DNA of 40,909 bases, filler included, from Candidatus Nanoarchaeia archaeon (lineage in GTDB: Archaea; Nanobdellota; Nanobdellia; Woesearchaeales; DATDTY01): NCBI GenBank assembly GCA_035290625.1. It is 3 parts of 3 records of this genome, joined end to end, with 100 filler letters (N's around TTAATTAATTAA, not from the genome) between each part and the next. Parts side by side here need not be neighbours in the genome. Positions count along the whole stretch, not along the records: positions 3,852 to 32,835 come from DATDTY010000083.1; 2 more parts are not named here. The stretch is one strand, 5' to 3'. How positions within the stretch are numbered: the stretch's first letter is position 1; each line of letters begins with the position of its first letter. Positions 9,676 to 19,055 of this stretch are shown piece after piece. Both the position numbers and the translations under genes were made by a program. The notes beneath the pieces were generated by a model. The model saw only the letters and a program-made list of their open reading frames with translations. It was not told the DNA's origin and did not search any database.

Positions 9676-11135
9676 ATATGAAAAAATTAGGAGTTTTATT
9701 AATTTTATTTTTGCTTGTTTTAATAATTTTTATTGTAGGTTGCGCTAAAGAAATAAAGGAGGAGCCAAAAACAGAAGTACAAAAAGAACAGCCAGTAGCG
9801 CAGCCACAAGAGGGAACAGAAGTTGGAAAAATAAACGAAACAACTGAGGCGCAGGAAACAGAAACAGAAGAAACCCAAAAATCGGAGATACTCGAAGAAA
9901 AGCCGAAAGAAACACAAACAAACTGGCTAGCGTTCCACGGCAGCAATGCAAGGACAGGCTTCTCTGAATCAAAAGCACCATCGAAGCCCACTGTCCTGTG
10001 GAAATGGACTGTTGGCGATTTCGAGCAAATAGGCTATGATGGCAACTTTGAGGCAAACTGGCCCATCATTGATAATGGCATGGTCTTTATCGCTCCAGAA
10101 GATATATTTGCATTAGACTTGAAAACAGGCAAAAAAATATGGTCTTATGCCGGAGAAATAAGGAAGTTCTTTCCAAGGGGTCTGGCAGCAGGCAAGGGAA
10201 AGCTTTTTGCAAGCGTTAATGCCGGCGATAACCTGGATAATCTTCCTGCAGGATTTGTTTATGCATTGGATGCGGGTACGGGAGAGTTTTTATGGAAATA
10301 CCAGACTCAAAAAGGCATCTCGCATTCCCTGCCTTTGTTTGCGGAAAATAAACTCTTTGTCGGAGATGATTCTGGAACCATCTATGCGCTTGATGAAGCT
10401 CATGGAAATCTCATCTGGAAGAAATATCTGGAGGATGCAGAGGTCGTTCATTCTTCGCCTGCTTACAGCGATGGAAAAATCTTTGTGGGAACAGAAGGGT
10501 CGCAAAGAAGCAATGCAAATCCAAGCCATCTCTATGCCCTGGATGCAGAAACAGGAAAAGAGTTGTGGAGGTTTAAAGTAGATTATATCCAAGGAAAATT
10601 AAATCTGATTCATTCTACCCCTGCTGTTTTGGAAGATGTCGTTTATGTCGGCTCGGAAAACGGCTATTTCTATGCTTTAGATGCAAACGATGGCAGCTTA
10701 ATCTGGAAAAACAAGATTGCTTCCGGAACAGGAGAATTAATTGGCGTATCGGCTGCCGCAGCTTTAGGCTATGGCAAGGTATTTATTGGTACCTATGAAG
10801 GAAAATTCTTTGCTCTGGACCAGAAAGATGGCAAGGTCATGTGGAAATATGACTTTGGCAAGGCAAACGCAGATTCTTCGTCTGTCTTGGCAGACAATAA
10901 AGTTTATTTTGGCGTTGGTGAAGGCGGTGATGGATACTTCTACAGCTTTAATGCAGAAAATGGAGATATAGTATGGAAAGAGAAGCTTGGCGGCTCTTCA
11001 GCTGCTTTGGCAAATGGGATCTTAATCGTGCCTAACAGGCTGGTAGAAGATAACTTTAAGCCGAGCACGCCAGCCATTATTGCCTTCTCAGATGGTGGGG
11101 AGGAGTCGCTTTGGCATGAAAATACGTGGCAATGA
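9672..11135 (+). CDS. PQQ-like (BamB-type) beta-propeller lipoprotein
   Basis: Lipobox-like IVGC; acidic linker; W..FHG...RTG motif; repeated LYALDA.TG..LW blades. Confidence 0.85.
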   Translation: MNMKKLGVLLILFLLVLIIFIVGCAKEIKEEPKTEVQKEQPVAQPQEGTEVGKINETTEAQETETEETQKSEILEEKPKETQTNWLAFHGSNARTGFSESKAPSKPTVLWKWTVGDFEQIGYDGNFEANWPIIDNGMVFIAPEDIFALDLKTGKKIWSYAGEIRKFFPRGLAAGKGKLFASVNAGDNLDNLPAGFVYALDAGTGEFLWKYQTQKGISHSLPLFAENKLFVGDDSGTIYALDEAHGNLIWKKYLEDAEVVHSSPAYSDGKIFVGTEGSQRSNANPSHLYALDAETGKELWRFKVDYIQGKLNLIHSTPAVLEDVVYVGSENGYFYALDANDGSLIWKNKIASGTGELIGVSAAAALGYGKVFIGTYEGKFFALDQKDGKVMWKYDFGKANADSSSVLADNKVYFGVGEGGDGYFYSFNAENGDIVWKEKLGGSSAALANGILIVPNRLVEDNFKPSTPAIIAFSDGGEESLWHENTWQ

Positions 11136-11154
11136 AAAAGCGTGCTTACTGCCC

Positions 11155-12129
11155 CTATAACAGCAGCCACGATGCAATAAGAAAGTAAATAACAATGGAT
11201 GTCAAATCAGAGATCACTGTCGCAAGAGGGCCGCTTCCCAATGCAGGATCATGCCCCATCTTATAGATAATCAGGGTTGTGACTAACGAAGTAAAGTTTG
11301 TGACCATCAATGCAATAAACAGCGAGATGGATATGACAAATCCGGTAAATGGGGCATTCCAAAATAGGAAAATTCCTACCATGGTTAAACTGCTTATTAA
11401 CACCGCCAAGATGCCTGCAATCACTGTTTGCTTGAGGAAGTACTGGCCGAGATTGAGATCCTTCCCCAGAGTTGCCAAATCCCTGACAAAAAGGGTTTGA
11501 TGCTGTGTTCCAAGGGCATCTGACATGTACACGATGGCCGGAATGAAGAATGCAAGGATGAGGTAGGTCTGCAAGGTTGATTCAAAAATGTTGATGAAGT
11601 AGGCTGCAATCATAATGCCTATCAGCCCCACAATCAACCAAGGCAGGCGATGAAGGACAGAAGCAAGCAACGGAACTTTTGTGGTGTTCTCATAGTTTAG
11701 ATGGGATTTGTGGATTCCTGCAAAATGCAGGATATCCTCCTGCAGCGATCTGTTAAGGATGGATGTTATCAGATTTGCCGGGATTGCTCCCAGGATCTTC
11801 CTGTTCTTGACAACAGGGATTGTCTTGATGCCATATTTCAAGGCTACATGGGCAGCTTTTTCATCCTCAGCATCTGGAGAAAGAGACACCACCTTCTTCT
11901 TCATGATTCTGCCGACCTTTGTTTCCTGCGGGTAACTGAACATATCCCGGATGGAAACAACGCCAACAAGCTTTTCGCCCTTGTCAACGATGTATATGGG
12001 GTCTATTATCTTGAACCGATTGCCTTCTTTTGAAAGGAGGCGCAGCACATCCCTGATTGCGCTGTCCCGTTTAACTTTGACAATCTCGCTAATCGCGTGG
12101 CGTCCTGCTGAACCTGCTTTGTATTCCAT
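11155..12129 (-). CDS. mgtE: Magnesium transporter MgtE (CBS pair plus membrane domain)
   Basis: IYIVD...LVGVVSIRD CBS domain; RLPWL; DPALGSGPLATVISD membrane signature. Confidence 0.9.
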   Translation of the reverse strand: MEYKAGSAGRHAISEIVKVKRDSAIRDVLRLLSKEGNRFKIIDPIYIVDKGEKLVGVVSIRDMFSYPQETKVGRIMKKKVVSLSPDAEDEKAAHVALKYGIKTIPVVKNRKILGAIPANLITSILNRSLQEDILHFAGIHKSHLNYENTTKVPLLASVLHRLPWLIVGLIGIMIAAYFINIFESTLQTYLILAFFIPAIVYMSDALGTQHQTLFVRDLATLGKDLNLGQYFLKQTVIAGILAVLISSLTMVGIFLFWNAPFTGFVISISLFIALMVTNFTSLVTTLIIYKMGHDPALGSGPLATVISDLTSIVIYFLIASWLLL

Positions 12130-12174
12130 GTGCTTGCTTCTGCTATTTCAGCTGTTTATATGTGTCTTCCTTAC

Positions 12175-12383
12175 TCCCTCAGCTCCTGAGGACCGTTCAT
12201 ATTCTTCCGGCAGAGGGGCTATACTCACGGGCAAATATACTTGAGCAATTGTTGCCCGTTCGTAATATGTCGGAAATTGCAAACATGTATAATAAATTGT
12301 TACAATTTCCGAGCATGCTCAAAAATCTTTGATTTTTGACATGTAAAGGCAATACTTTATGCTCAATTATTTGTTGCCTTTAC
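12175..12383. repeat. Chain of five adjacent inverted repeats upstream of mgtE
   Basis: CCTCAG/CTGAGG; ACGGGCAA/TTGCCCGT; TCGGAAATTG/CAATTTCCGA; TCAAAAATC/GATTTTTGA; GTAAAGGCAA/TTGCCTTTAC. Confidence 0.6.
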
Positions 12384-12508
12384 TATATAAAAACTTTGTG
12401 GCTATCCCTGGCCAGTGAACATACCCCCTGACCCAAAGGTTTAAATATGTTATAAAATATATCTCCTACTAGAAAATGTATATTATAATATCATCGGCAT
12501 AATTAAAA

Positions 12509-12574
12509 TATACCCGATATAAGGGAAATCATGATATAATCGATGTAATGGGAATTATACTATACCCGATATAA
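12509..12574 (+). promoter_or_regulatory. 14-bp direct repeat TATACCCGATATAA, candidate RHH operator
   Basis: Exact copies at 12509-12522 and 12561-12574; the second overlaps the RHH start codon. Confidence 0.55.
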
Positions 12575-12708
12575 TGAAAAAACCAATCTCAGCTACAATT
12601 GAGGAAGACCTTATCAGGTGGATTGAGCGGGAGACAAAAGGCCAGAGGTACCGCAACAAGTCCCATCTTATTGAAGTTGCCCTTGAGCAGCTGAGGAAGG
12701 AGTCATGA
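12574..12708 (+). CDS. Ribbon-helix-helix (CopG-like) regulator, 44 aa, not in the ORF track
   Basis: MKKPISATIEEDLIRWIERETKGQRYRNKSHLIEVALEQLRKES; beta-strand ISATI plus YRNKSHLIE helix motif; ATGA overlap with the ATPase gene. Confidence 0.85.
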   Translation: MKKPISATIEEDLIRWIERETKGQRYRNKSHLIEVALEQLRKES

Positions 12709-14972
12709 TGGCGCTCGTGGACCAAAACAAGCAGCCTTTCACGTATGACGTGTTAAGAGAAGGAGAGGATGTGACCCTCAGGATAGACTGCGAGGCATAC
12801 CTGCGAAGCCCTTCCCTGGAGGACGATCCTGTCCTTATGGCCAAGGCCATTGACATCCTTATGGAAGCAGGCACGGTCACCAAGATCGTGTTCACCCAGA
12901 AGAGGGATTATGAGTATGACTATACACAGACCCTCATGCTCCTGGACCTTGCGAAGGCCTATAACCAGATCATCAAGAAGCGGATCATCACCTACCAAAG
13001 CATCGGAGACCCAAAGACCTATGCCGAAATCCAGAATACGGTGTATCGCATGCTCAAATCAGATCCCCTGGGAGCGTATGTGGAGCTCAAGCGGCTTTCC
13101 AGGCGGGAGAGCATCTCAATGCAGCACTCTGCTGCTGAGCTAGAGGCGCATCGGCTGCATCGCATCGTGACGCAACTCAACATGATCGTTAGGATGCTTG
13201 ACCAGACAAGCCTGATACAGCTCGCCCAGCCCTACCTTGCAGGCTATGTTGTTGGAGACCGGTCTGTTTACAGGAAGCTGTTCACTCCAACGATCAGGCC
13301 AGATTTCATGTTCACGAAGCTGATGGCGAGCTACCCTGTTGAGGGAGAGGAGCTTGCCAGCTATGGTGTTGAAGATACTGAGGTCACGCTCTTCAGGCTT
13401 CCCAACACCATCCAATTCCTGTATCATATCCTTCCTCCGGAATTCAAGATGAGCGAGGAGAAGTATGAGATCGTGGATACTGCGAGGAAGGTCATGGCTG
13501 AGCATAAGCCGACACGCTCTGAGTTTGTTGATCCCCAGAGGATGCGGCAGGTATTCATGAATGTTGGCCATGATCTGATCGAGGAGCTTGCCAGCCAGAG
13601 GAACATGAACCTGCGTGAGAAGGAGATCCAAAGCATGACGAAAATCCTTGTCCGGTATACTGTTGGCTTTGGCCTGATTGAGGTGCTTCTTCAGGATGAA
13701 AAGATCCAGGATATCACCATCAATGCGCCCATGGGCCAGATTCCGATGTTTCTCGTGCATGAGGATTTTGACGAATGCGTGACCAATATCATCCCCACTG
13801 TAGGAGAGGCGGAGTCCTGGGCGTCAAAGCTCCGCATGCTTTCAGGCAGGCCTTTGGATGAGGCAAATCCCATCCTTGATACAGACCTCAGCCTGCCTGC
13901 AGCCAATGCACGAGTGGGCGTGATTGCTCCGCCATTGAATCCCTACGGCCTTGCCTATGCATTCAGGAGGCACCGGGACAGGCCATGGACATTGCCGCTC
14001 TTTATCAACAACCGCATGCTGACGCCGCTTGCTGCCGGGCTTCTCTCCTTCATCATTGACGGATCAAGGACGCTGCTTGTTGCAGGAACGCGCTCTGCAG
14101 GAAAAACAGCACTGCTTGGAAGCCTTCTGACAGAAATCATGCGGAAATACCGCATACTGACAATCGAGGACACTCTCGAGCTTCCTACGACTCCTTTGAG
14201 AAAGTTGGGGTATAATATTCAGCCCATGAAAGTAGTATCTGCCCTGACCCACGGCTCTACCGAGGTCAGCGCAGAGGAGGGAATTAGGGCAACCCTGCGG
14301 CTTGGCGATTCTGCCTTAATTGTAGGAGAGGTGCGTTCTGTTGAGGCACGGGCGTTGTACGAGGCAATGCGGGTTGGAGCTCTAGCCAATGTGGTTGCAG
14401 GAACGATCCATGGGGATTCTCCCTACGGCGTATTTGACAGGGTTGTCAATGACCTGCAGGTTCCGAAGACAAGCTTCAAGGCAACAGACATCGTGGTTGT
14501 GGCAAATCCTTTGCGGAGCTCTGACGGGCTGCAGAGATGGAGGAGGGTCACGTCAATCACTGAAGTCAGGAAGCACTGGACTGATGACCCCCTACAGGAA
14601 GGAGGGTTTTCTGACCTCATGAAATACAATACAAAGACTGACCAGCTTGAGCCGACTGCTGACCTTAAAAATGGCGATTCTGATATCCTCAAGGCCATAG
14701 CTGGAAATGTGAAAGAGTGGTCAGGAAACTGGGATGCAGTGTGGGATAATATCCTGCTCAGGGCGAAGATCAAGGAGACAATTGTGAATCTGGCGCTGGC
14801 TAGCCACAGGCCTGATATGCTTGAGGCGGAATTCGTCATCCAATCGAATGATGAATACCACAGGATCTCGGCGACTGTCCGTGATGAAGTAGGCTATCTG
14901 GAGAGCCAGAGGATCTTTTTCGAATGGAACGAATGGCTGAAGAAGAGCATAAAGGCAGAAAAGACAGAATAA
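12705..14972 (+). CDS. Type II/IV secretion (type IV pilus) assembly ATPase, VirB11/CpaF/FlaI family
   Basis: Walker A GTRSAGKT; TIEDTLEL Asp box; Walker B LIVGEVR; GTIHG His box. Confidence 0.92.
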   Translation: MMALVDQNKQPFTYDVLREGEDVTLRIDCEAYLRSPSLEDDPVLMAKAIDILMEAGTVTKIVFTQKRDYEYDYTQTLMLLDLAKAYNQIIKKRIITYQSIGDPKTYAEIQNTVYRMLKSDPLGAYVELKRLSRRESISMQHSAAELEAHRLHRIVTQLNMIVRMLDQTSLIQLAQPYLAGYVVGDRSVYRKLFTPTIRPDFMFTKLMASYPVEGEELASYGVEDTEVTLFRLPNTIQFLYHILPPEFKMSEEKYEIVDTARKVMAEHKPTRSEFVDPQRMRQVFMNVGHDLIEELASQRNMNLREKEIQSMTKILVRYTVGFGLIEVLLQDEKIQDITINAPMGQIPMFLVHEDFDECVTNIIPTVGEAESWASKLRMLSGRPLDEANPILDTDLSLPAANARVGVIAPPLNPYGLAYAFRRHRDRPWTLPLFINNRMLTPLAAGLLSFIIDGSRTLLVAGTRSAGKTALLGSLLTEIMRKYRILTIEDTLELPTTPLRKLGYNIQPMKVVSALTHGSTEVSAEEGIRATLRLGDSALIVGEVRSVEARALYEAMRVGALANVVAGTIHGDSPYGVFDRVVNDLQVPKTSFKATDIVVVANPLRSSDGLQRWRRVTSITEVRKHWTDDPLQEGGFSDLMKYNTKTDQLEPTADLKNGDSDILKAIAGNVKEWSGNWDAVWDNILLRAKIKETIVNLALASHRPDMLEAEFVIQSNDEYHRISATVRDEVGYLESQRIFFEWNEWLKKSIKAEKTE

Positions 14973-15087
14973 AGCGCAGCAATAAAGGCAGAGCAAATAT
15001 AGAAAAGGGAGAAAAAGGAGAGCAGAGAAAAAAGCAGGAAAAGCAGAGAAAAAAGCGGAGAAAGCAAACAACGAGAAGAAGCAAACC

Positions 15088-17256
15088 ATGGCTGATGTTG
15101 ACACACTTATAGCAAAGTACCAGGGGAAGATCAAGCACCAGCTTGGCCAGGCAGCAGGACAGCCTGAGGCTGAGGCTGCCAAGGTCACCTACTCAAGGGA
15201 ATACCAGGCATTCAGAAAGCAGTTCATGCCAGCCAACCTCAACATCTACGAGCAGCTCTGCCAGATCTCGGGTCAGATTCTCAAGCTGAAGCTGAAGCCT
15301 GAGAAGGAGAAGGAGTATCAGGAAGCTGCCTCTATTGCCCATCTGAATATCACTCCTGCAGGGGCATACTCCTTTGCTATACTCTCCTCCATACTCACCA
15401 TCTTCCTGCTGGGAAGCCTGGCCTTTTTCATAACTGGCGGACTCTTCTTTACGTTTTTTTTCTTTCTTTGCGGAGTCCTCATCATTGCTCCGTTGCAGAG
15501 GATTCCGATGTTTATAGCCTCCCAGTTCCGCATGAGAGCATCAAACCAGATGGTGCAGTGTATCTTCTATGTTGTCACCTATATGCGGCACACCTCAAAC
15601 CTGGAGCTTGCAGTTGATTTTGCCTCAGAGCGCCTTATGCCTCCGCTTTCACTTGACCTTAAGAAAGTGTTGTGGAATGTGGAGACGGGAGAGTTTGATA
15701 CTGTAAAAGAGAGCCTGGACAATTATCTGGAAGGCTGGAGGAAGTGGAACTTTGAGTTTATCGAGTCATTCCACCTCGTTGAGAGCTCACTGTATGAAGG
15801 CGATGAGCCAAGGCGCCTGGAGTCTTTGGATAAGGCGCTGGATGTGATCCTCACTGGAACCTATGAAAAGATGCTGAGGTATACGCACGCCCTGCAGAGC
15901 CCAATCACCATGCTGAATATGCTGGGTGTCATCCTGCCTATCCTTGGGCTCGTCATATTGCCGCTGGTCGTGAGTTTCCTTGAGGCTGTCAAATGGTACC
16001 ATATCGCGGTGCTCTATGATGTGCTCCTGCCAATTGGCATCTATTACCTGGGCAAGACCATCCTCGCAAACAGGCCTACAGGATATGGGCAGACCGATAT
16101 CGGCAAGGATCCGCAGTTTGAAAAGTACAAGAAGATCTCAGTCAGGATTGGAAAGAAAGAGGTTCTTGTAAGCCCGTTTTTTGTAGCCATGAGCATTGGC
16201 ACGCTGCTGGTATTCATCGGGATCCTGCCGTTGCTGATCCATGCAGCAAATCCGGATATCCCTGATGACATCATTCCCTCTTACGGCTTCAGATTCCTGG
16301 AGTACAGGGATGTAAGAGATGCCAATAATATCGTCATTGGAAAAAACGGCCCCTTCGGGATAGGCGCCACGCTGCTTTCCTTGTTCTTCACCTTAGGCTT
16401 AGGCCTTGGCCTGGGAATGTATTTCAAATTCCGCTCCGAGAACCTGATAAAGATCCGGGAGGAGACGAAACGCATTGAGAATGAGTTCGCTTCCAGCCTG
16501 TTCCAGCTCGGCAACAGATTGGGAGATGGGCTGCCTGCGGAAATAGCATTTGACCGGGTTTCTGCAGCGATGCAAGGCACGGTATCCGGAGATTTTTTCC
16601 AGCTCGTCAGCATGAACATCACGAAGTTGGGAATGGGCGTGGAAGAGGCAATCTTTGACCCAAGGCATGGGGCGCTTGCTGCCTATCCCTCGGCCGTCAT
16701 TGAGAGCTCAATGAAGGTGCTTGTGGAGAGCGTCAGGAAGGGCCCAAAGATTGCTGCCCAGGCTCTTGTGAATGTTTCCAGGTATATCAAGGAGATCCAC
16801 ACCGTCAATGAGCGGCTTCAGGACCTGCTCGCCGAGATCATCAGCTCAATGAAATCACAGATCAGCTTCCTGACGCCTGCAATCTCAGGGATTGTGATTG
16901 GAATAACCTCTATGATCACTGCCATCATCGGGAATCTGGACACGCTGCTCCCGAGGATCGGAGGAGCTGAGGCAGCAGGCCAGGGAGCAACTGCGCTTGC
17001 AGGACTGTTTAAGGGAGGAATCCCGACGTACTGGTTCCAGATTGTAGTTGGGATCTATGTCGTCGAGCTGATTTATATCCTTACTGTGCTGGTCAATGGG
17101 ATCGAGAACGGCTCTGATAAGCTCAATGAAAGATACCTGCTCGGAGTCAACCTGATCAGGAGCACTGCCATCTACTGCGCAATCGCCTTCGTTATCACTG
17201 TCCTGTTCAACCTGATAGCGGGAGTCATCATGTCGAATCTGATCGCAGGGTTGTAA
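15088..17256 (+). CDS. Type IV pilus membrane platform protein (TadC/FlaJ/GspF-like, duplicated domain)
   Basis: Multi-TM protein with two cytoplasmic domains (SNLELA...PPLSLDL; LGNRLGDGLPAEIA) directly downstream of the pilus ATPase. Confidence 0.8.
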   Translation: MADVDTLIAKYQGKIKHQLGQAAGQPEAEAAKVTYSREYQAFRKQFMPANLNIYEQLCQISGQILKLKLKPEKEKEYQEAASIAHLNITPAGAYSFAILSSILTIFLLGSLAFFITGGLFFTFFFFLCGVLIIAPLQRIPMFIASQFRMRASNQMVQCIFYVVTYMRHTSNLELAVDFASERLMPPLSLDLKKVLWNVETGEFDTVKESLDNYLEGWRKWNFEFIESFHLVESSLYEGDEPRRLESLDKALDVILTGTYEKMLRYTHALQSPITMLNMLGVILPILGLVILPLVVSFLEAVKWYHIAVLYDVLLPIGIYYLGKTILANRPTGYGQTDIGKDPQFEKYKKISVRIGKKEVLVSPFFVAMSIGTLLVFIGILPLLIHAANPDIPDDIIPSYGFRFLEYRDVRDANNIVIGKNGPFGIGATLLSLFFTLGLGLGLGMYFKFRSENLIKIREETKRIENEFASSLFQLGNRLGDGLPAEIAFDRVSAAMQGTVSGDFFQLVSMNITKLGMGVEEAIFDPRHGALAAYPSAVIESSMKVLVESVRKGPKIAAQALVNVSRYIKEIHTVNERLQDLLAEIISSMKSQISFLTPAISGIVIGITSMITAIIGNLDTLLPRIGGAEAAGQGATALAGLFKGGIPTYWFQIVVGIYVVELIYILTVLVNGIENGSDKLNERYLLGVNLIRSTAIYCAIAFVITVLFNLIAGVIMSNLIAGL

Positions 17257-17313
17257 GGGCGACAGCTTTTCATCGAATCCCTTTAGGCAGGGAGTAAGAG
17301 AAAATAGGAAAAG

Positions 17314-17467
17314 TGGGGACGCGGAGATGGTCACTATTCGGTCCTGCCATTCCGGCAAGCCGCCATAGATTTGAACTCCGGACAACTACGTTTCGTCGTA
17401 ATCGAAGATTACGAGATGCTTCGAAAACACTTCAGCGTAGTGCTCTCCCAGTCTGAGCTACGTCCCC
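17314..17467 (-). tRNA. tRNA-Phe(GAA) with two introns (37/38: 17392-17429; 59/60: 17328-17369)
   Basis: Removing 38-nt and 42-nt inserts gives a 74-nt cloverleaf: GGGGACG/CGTCCCC acceptor, GCTC/GAGC D stem, CTACG/CGTAG anticodon stem with CT-GAA-GA loop, CGGAG/CTCCG T stem with TTCAAAT loop. Confidence 0.92.
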
Positions 17468-17588
17468 AGCAAGGCTGGAAAGGTTACTGTCGGTTTATAT
17501 TTGTTTTGGTTGTGCAAACGGGTCGGGTTTCAATACCCAGGAAATAACCAATAACTCTTTTATACTCTTATAGATTTTCTCTCACACC

Positions 17589-17930
17589 ATGCACGGAACG
17601 GCACTTGAAAAGGTTGAGGGAGGAAAGCTTGTCCGTATTGCTATTGATTTTGATGCAAAGATCAACCGTATTGCCATAACTGGCGATTTCTTCCTGCACC
17701 CTGAGGAAGAGCTTTCAGCAATTGAGCAGAGCCTTATCGGGCAGCCCTCAGGCAAAGAGCTCCGGTTTTACGCCAGCATTATTGAGCGGGTCGTGGAAGC
17801 AAAGGGAATCCAGATGATTGGAATCAACACTGAGGCTATCGCAAGACTCGTTGTTGTAAGTATGAGAGAGGCAGCAGAGAGAAAAGCAGGGGGAAAACCA
17901 GAAGGAAACGCAGAGGGAGAGCATGAATAG
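17589..17930 (+). CDS. lplB: Lipoate-protein ligase accessory (C-terminal) subunit
   Basis: KVEGGKLVR...ITGDFFLHPEE...IEQSL signature. Confidence 0.88.
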   Translation: MHGTALEKVEGGKLVRIAIDFDAKINRIAITGDFFLHPEEELSAIEQSLIGQPSGKELRFYASIIERVVEAKGIQMIGINTEAIARLVVVSMREAAERKAGGKPEGNAEGEHE

Positions 17931-18654
17931 CGTCTGGAGGCTCATTCCGCTGGAGACTCATAACGCCTTTATGAACATGGCAATTGATGAGGCAATCACA
18001 GAGAGTGTGGCAGCCGGAGGCCAGCCAACAATACGGTTTTATCAATGGGATCCAAGCGCAGTATCAATCGGGTATTTCCAAAGCCTCTCGCAGGAAGTCA
18101 ATGAGGAAGCGTGCAAAGGGATGCACATTGTGCGGAGACGAACTGGCGGAGGGGCTGTCTACCATGATGCAGAAATTACGTATAGTGTCATTGCTCCTGA
18201 ATCGATGTTCCAGGGCATCACTGAGAGCTATCATGAGATATGCGGGTGGATCATTAAGAGCCTTGGAAAACTTGGGATTCAGGCAGAATTCAAGCCTATC
18301 AACGATGTCATTGTTCAAGGAAAGAAGATATCGGGCAATGCCCAGACAAGGCGAAATAAGGTTTTGCTCCAGCACGGCACTATCCTCTATGATGTAGATG
18401 TGGACAAGATGTTCTCTCTCTTACGAGTGCCTGATGAGAAGATACGGGATAAGGTCATTGCCAGTGTCAAGGAAAGAGTAACAAGCGTTCGGGCGGTCTG
18501 CCAGCGCGAGAAGGAAGAGCTTTATCATGCGCTGCTCCTCGGATTCACTGATGGCAAGCAATGGGAGGTTGGCAGGCTTTCAGAAGAGGAAAAAAAGAAG
18601 GCTCGGGAGCTTGCCAGGAGATACGAGTCAAAGGAGTGGAACTATCTGAGATAA
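17923..18654 (+). CDS. lplA: Lipoate-protein ligase A catalytic subunit
   Basis: NMAIDEA; VRRRTGGGAVYHD; ND.....KKISGNAQ; LQHGTIL. Confidence 0.92.
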   Translation: MNSVWRLIPLETHNAFMNMAIDEAITESVAAGGQPTIRFYQWDPSAVSIGYFQSLSQEVNEEACKGMHIVRRRTGGGAVYHDAEITYSVIAPESMFQGITESYHEICGWIIKSLGKLGIQAEFKPINDVIVQGKKISGNAQTRRNKVLLQHGTILYDVDVDKMFSLLRVPDEKIRDKVIASVKERVTSVRAVCQREKEELYHALLLGFTDGKQWEVGRLSEEEKKKARELARRYESKEWNYLR

Positions 18655-18865
18655 GGTTGAATATGACCTCTAAATAAATTTTAGATACCTTTATATATAT
18701 GCTACTGTCTATCGCAGCCGATTCGGGGGATGCAAAAACTTCAACGCAGCGAGCTCAGATGAATAGATTTCTATGTCCACCAACGGGAGCAGATACTATT
18801 GAAGAGAGCCTACTATTTATTGAAGAGAGCATACCATTGATGAAAAAACCAAGGGGGTGAAGCGC

Positions 18866-18940
18866 ATGGAAGCATGGAGATTGGACGATGATGATGACGA
18901 CAGTGGTGGAGATGACGTCGATTCTGACGATCAGTACTAG
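18866..18940 (+). CDS. Putative 24-aa acidic micro-protein
   Basis: MEAWRLDDDDDDSGGDDVDSDDQY, with SD-like GGGGGTGA 5 nt upstream. Confidence 0.4.
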   Translation: MEAWRLDDDDDDSGGDDVDSDDQY

Positions 18941-19055
18941 GTAGGAATAAGGCTGAAGGCAGTCGCCAAAGGCTGCCATGCCAATTCAGGCAGTCTCGGC
19001 AGGATTCAGTCCGAGCAGGGGAAGGATTAAAACACGCGAATCGAACTTTGGAAGT

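Noticed and set aside
16885..17385. 166-aa minus-strand ORF
   Set aside because: Antisense to the pilus platform gene and overlapping the tRNA.
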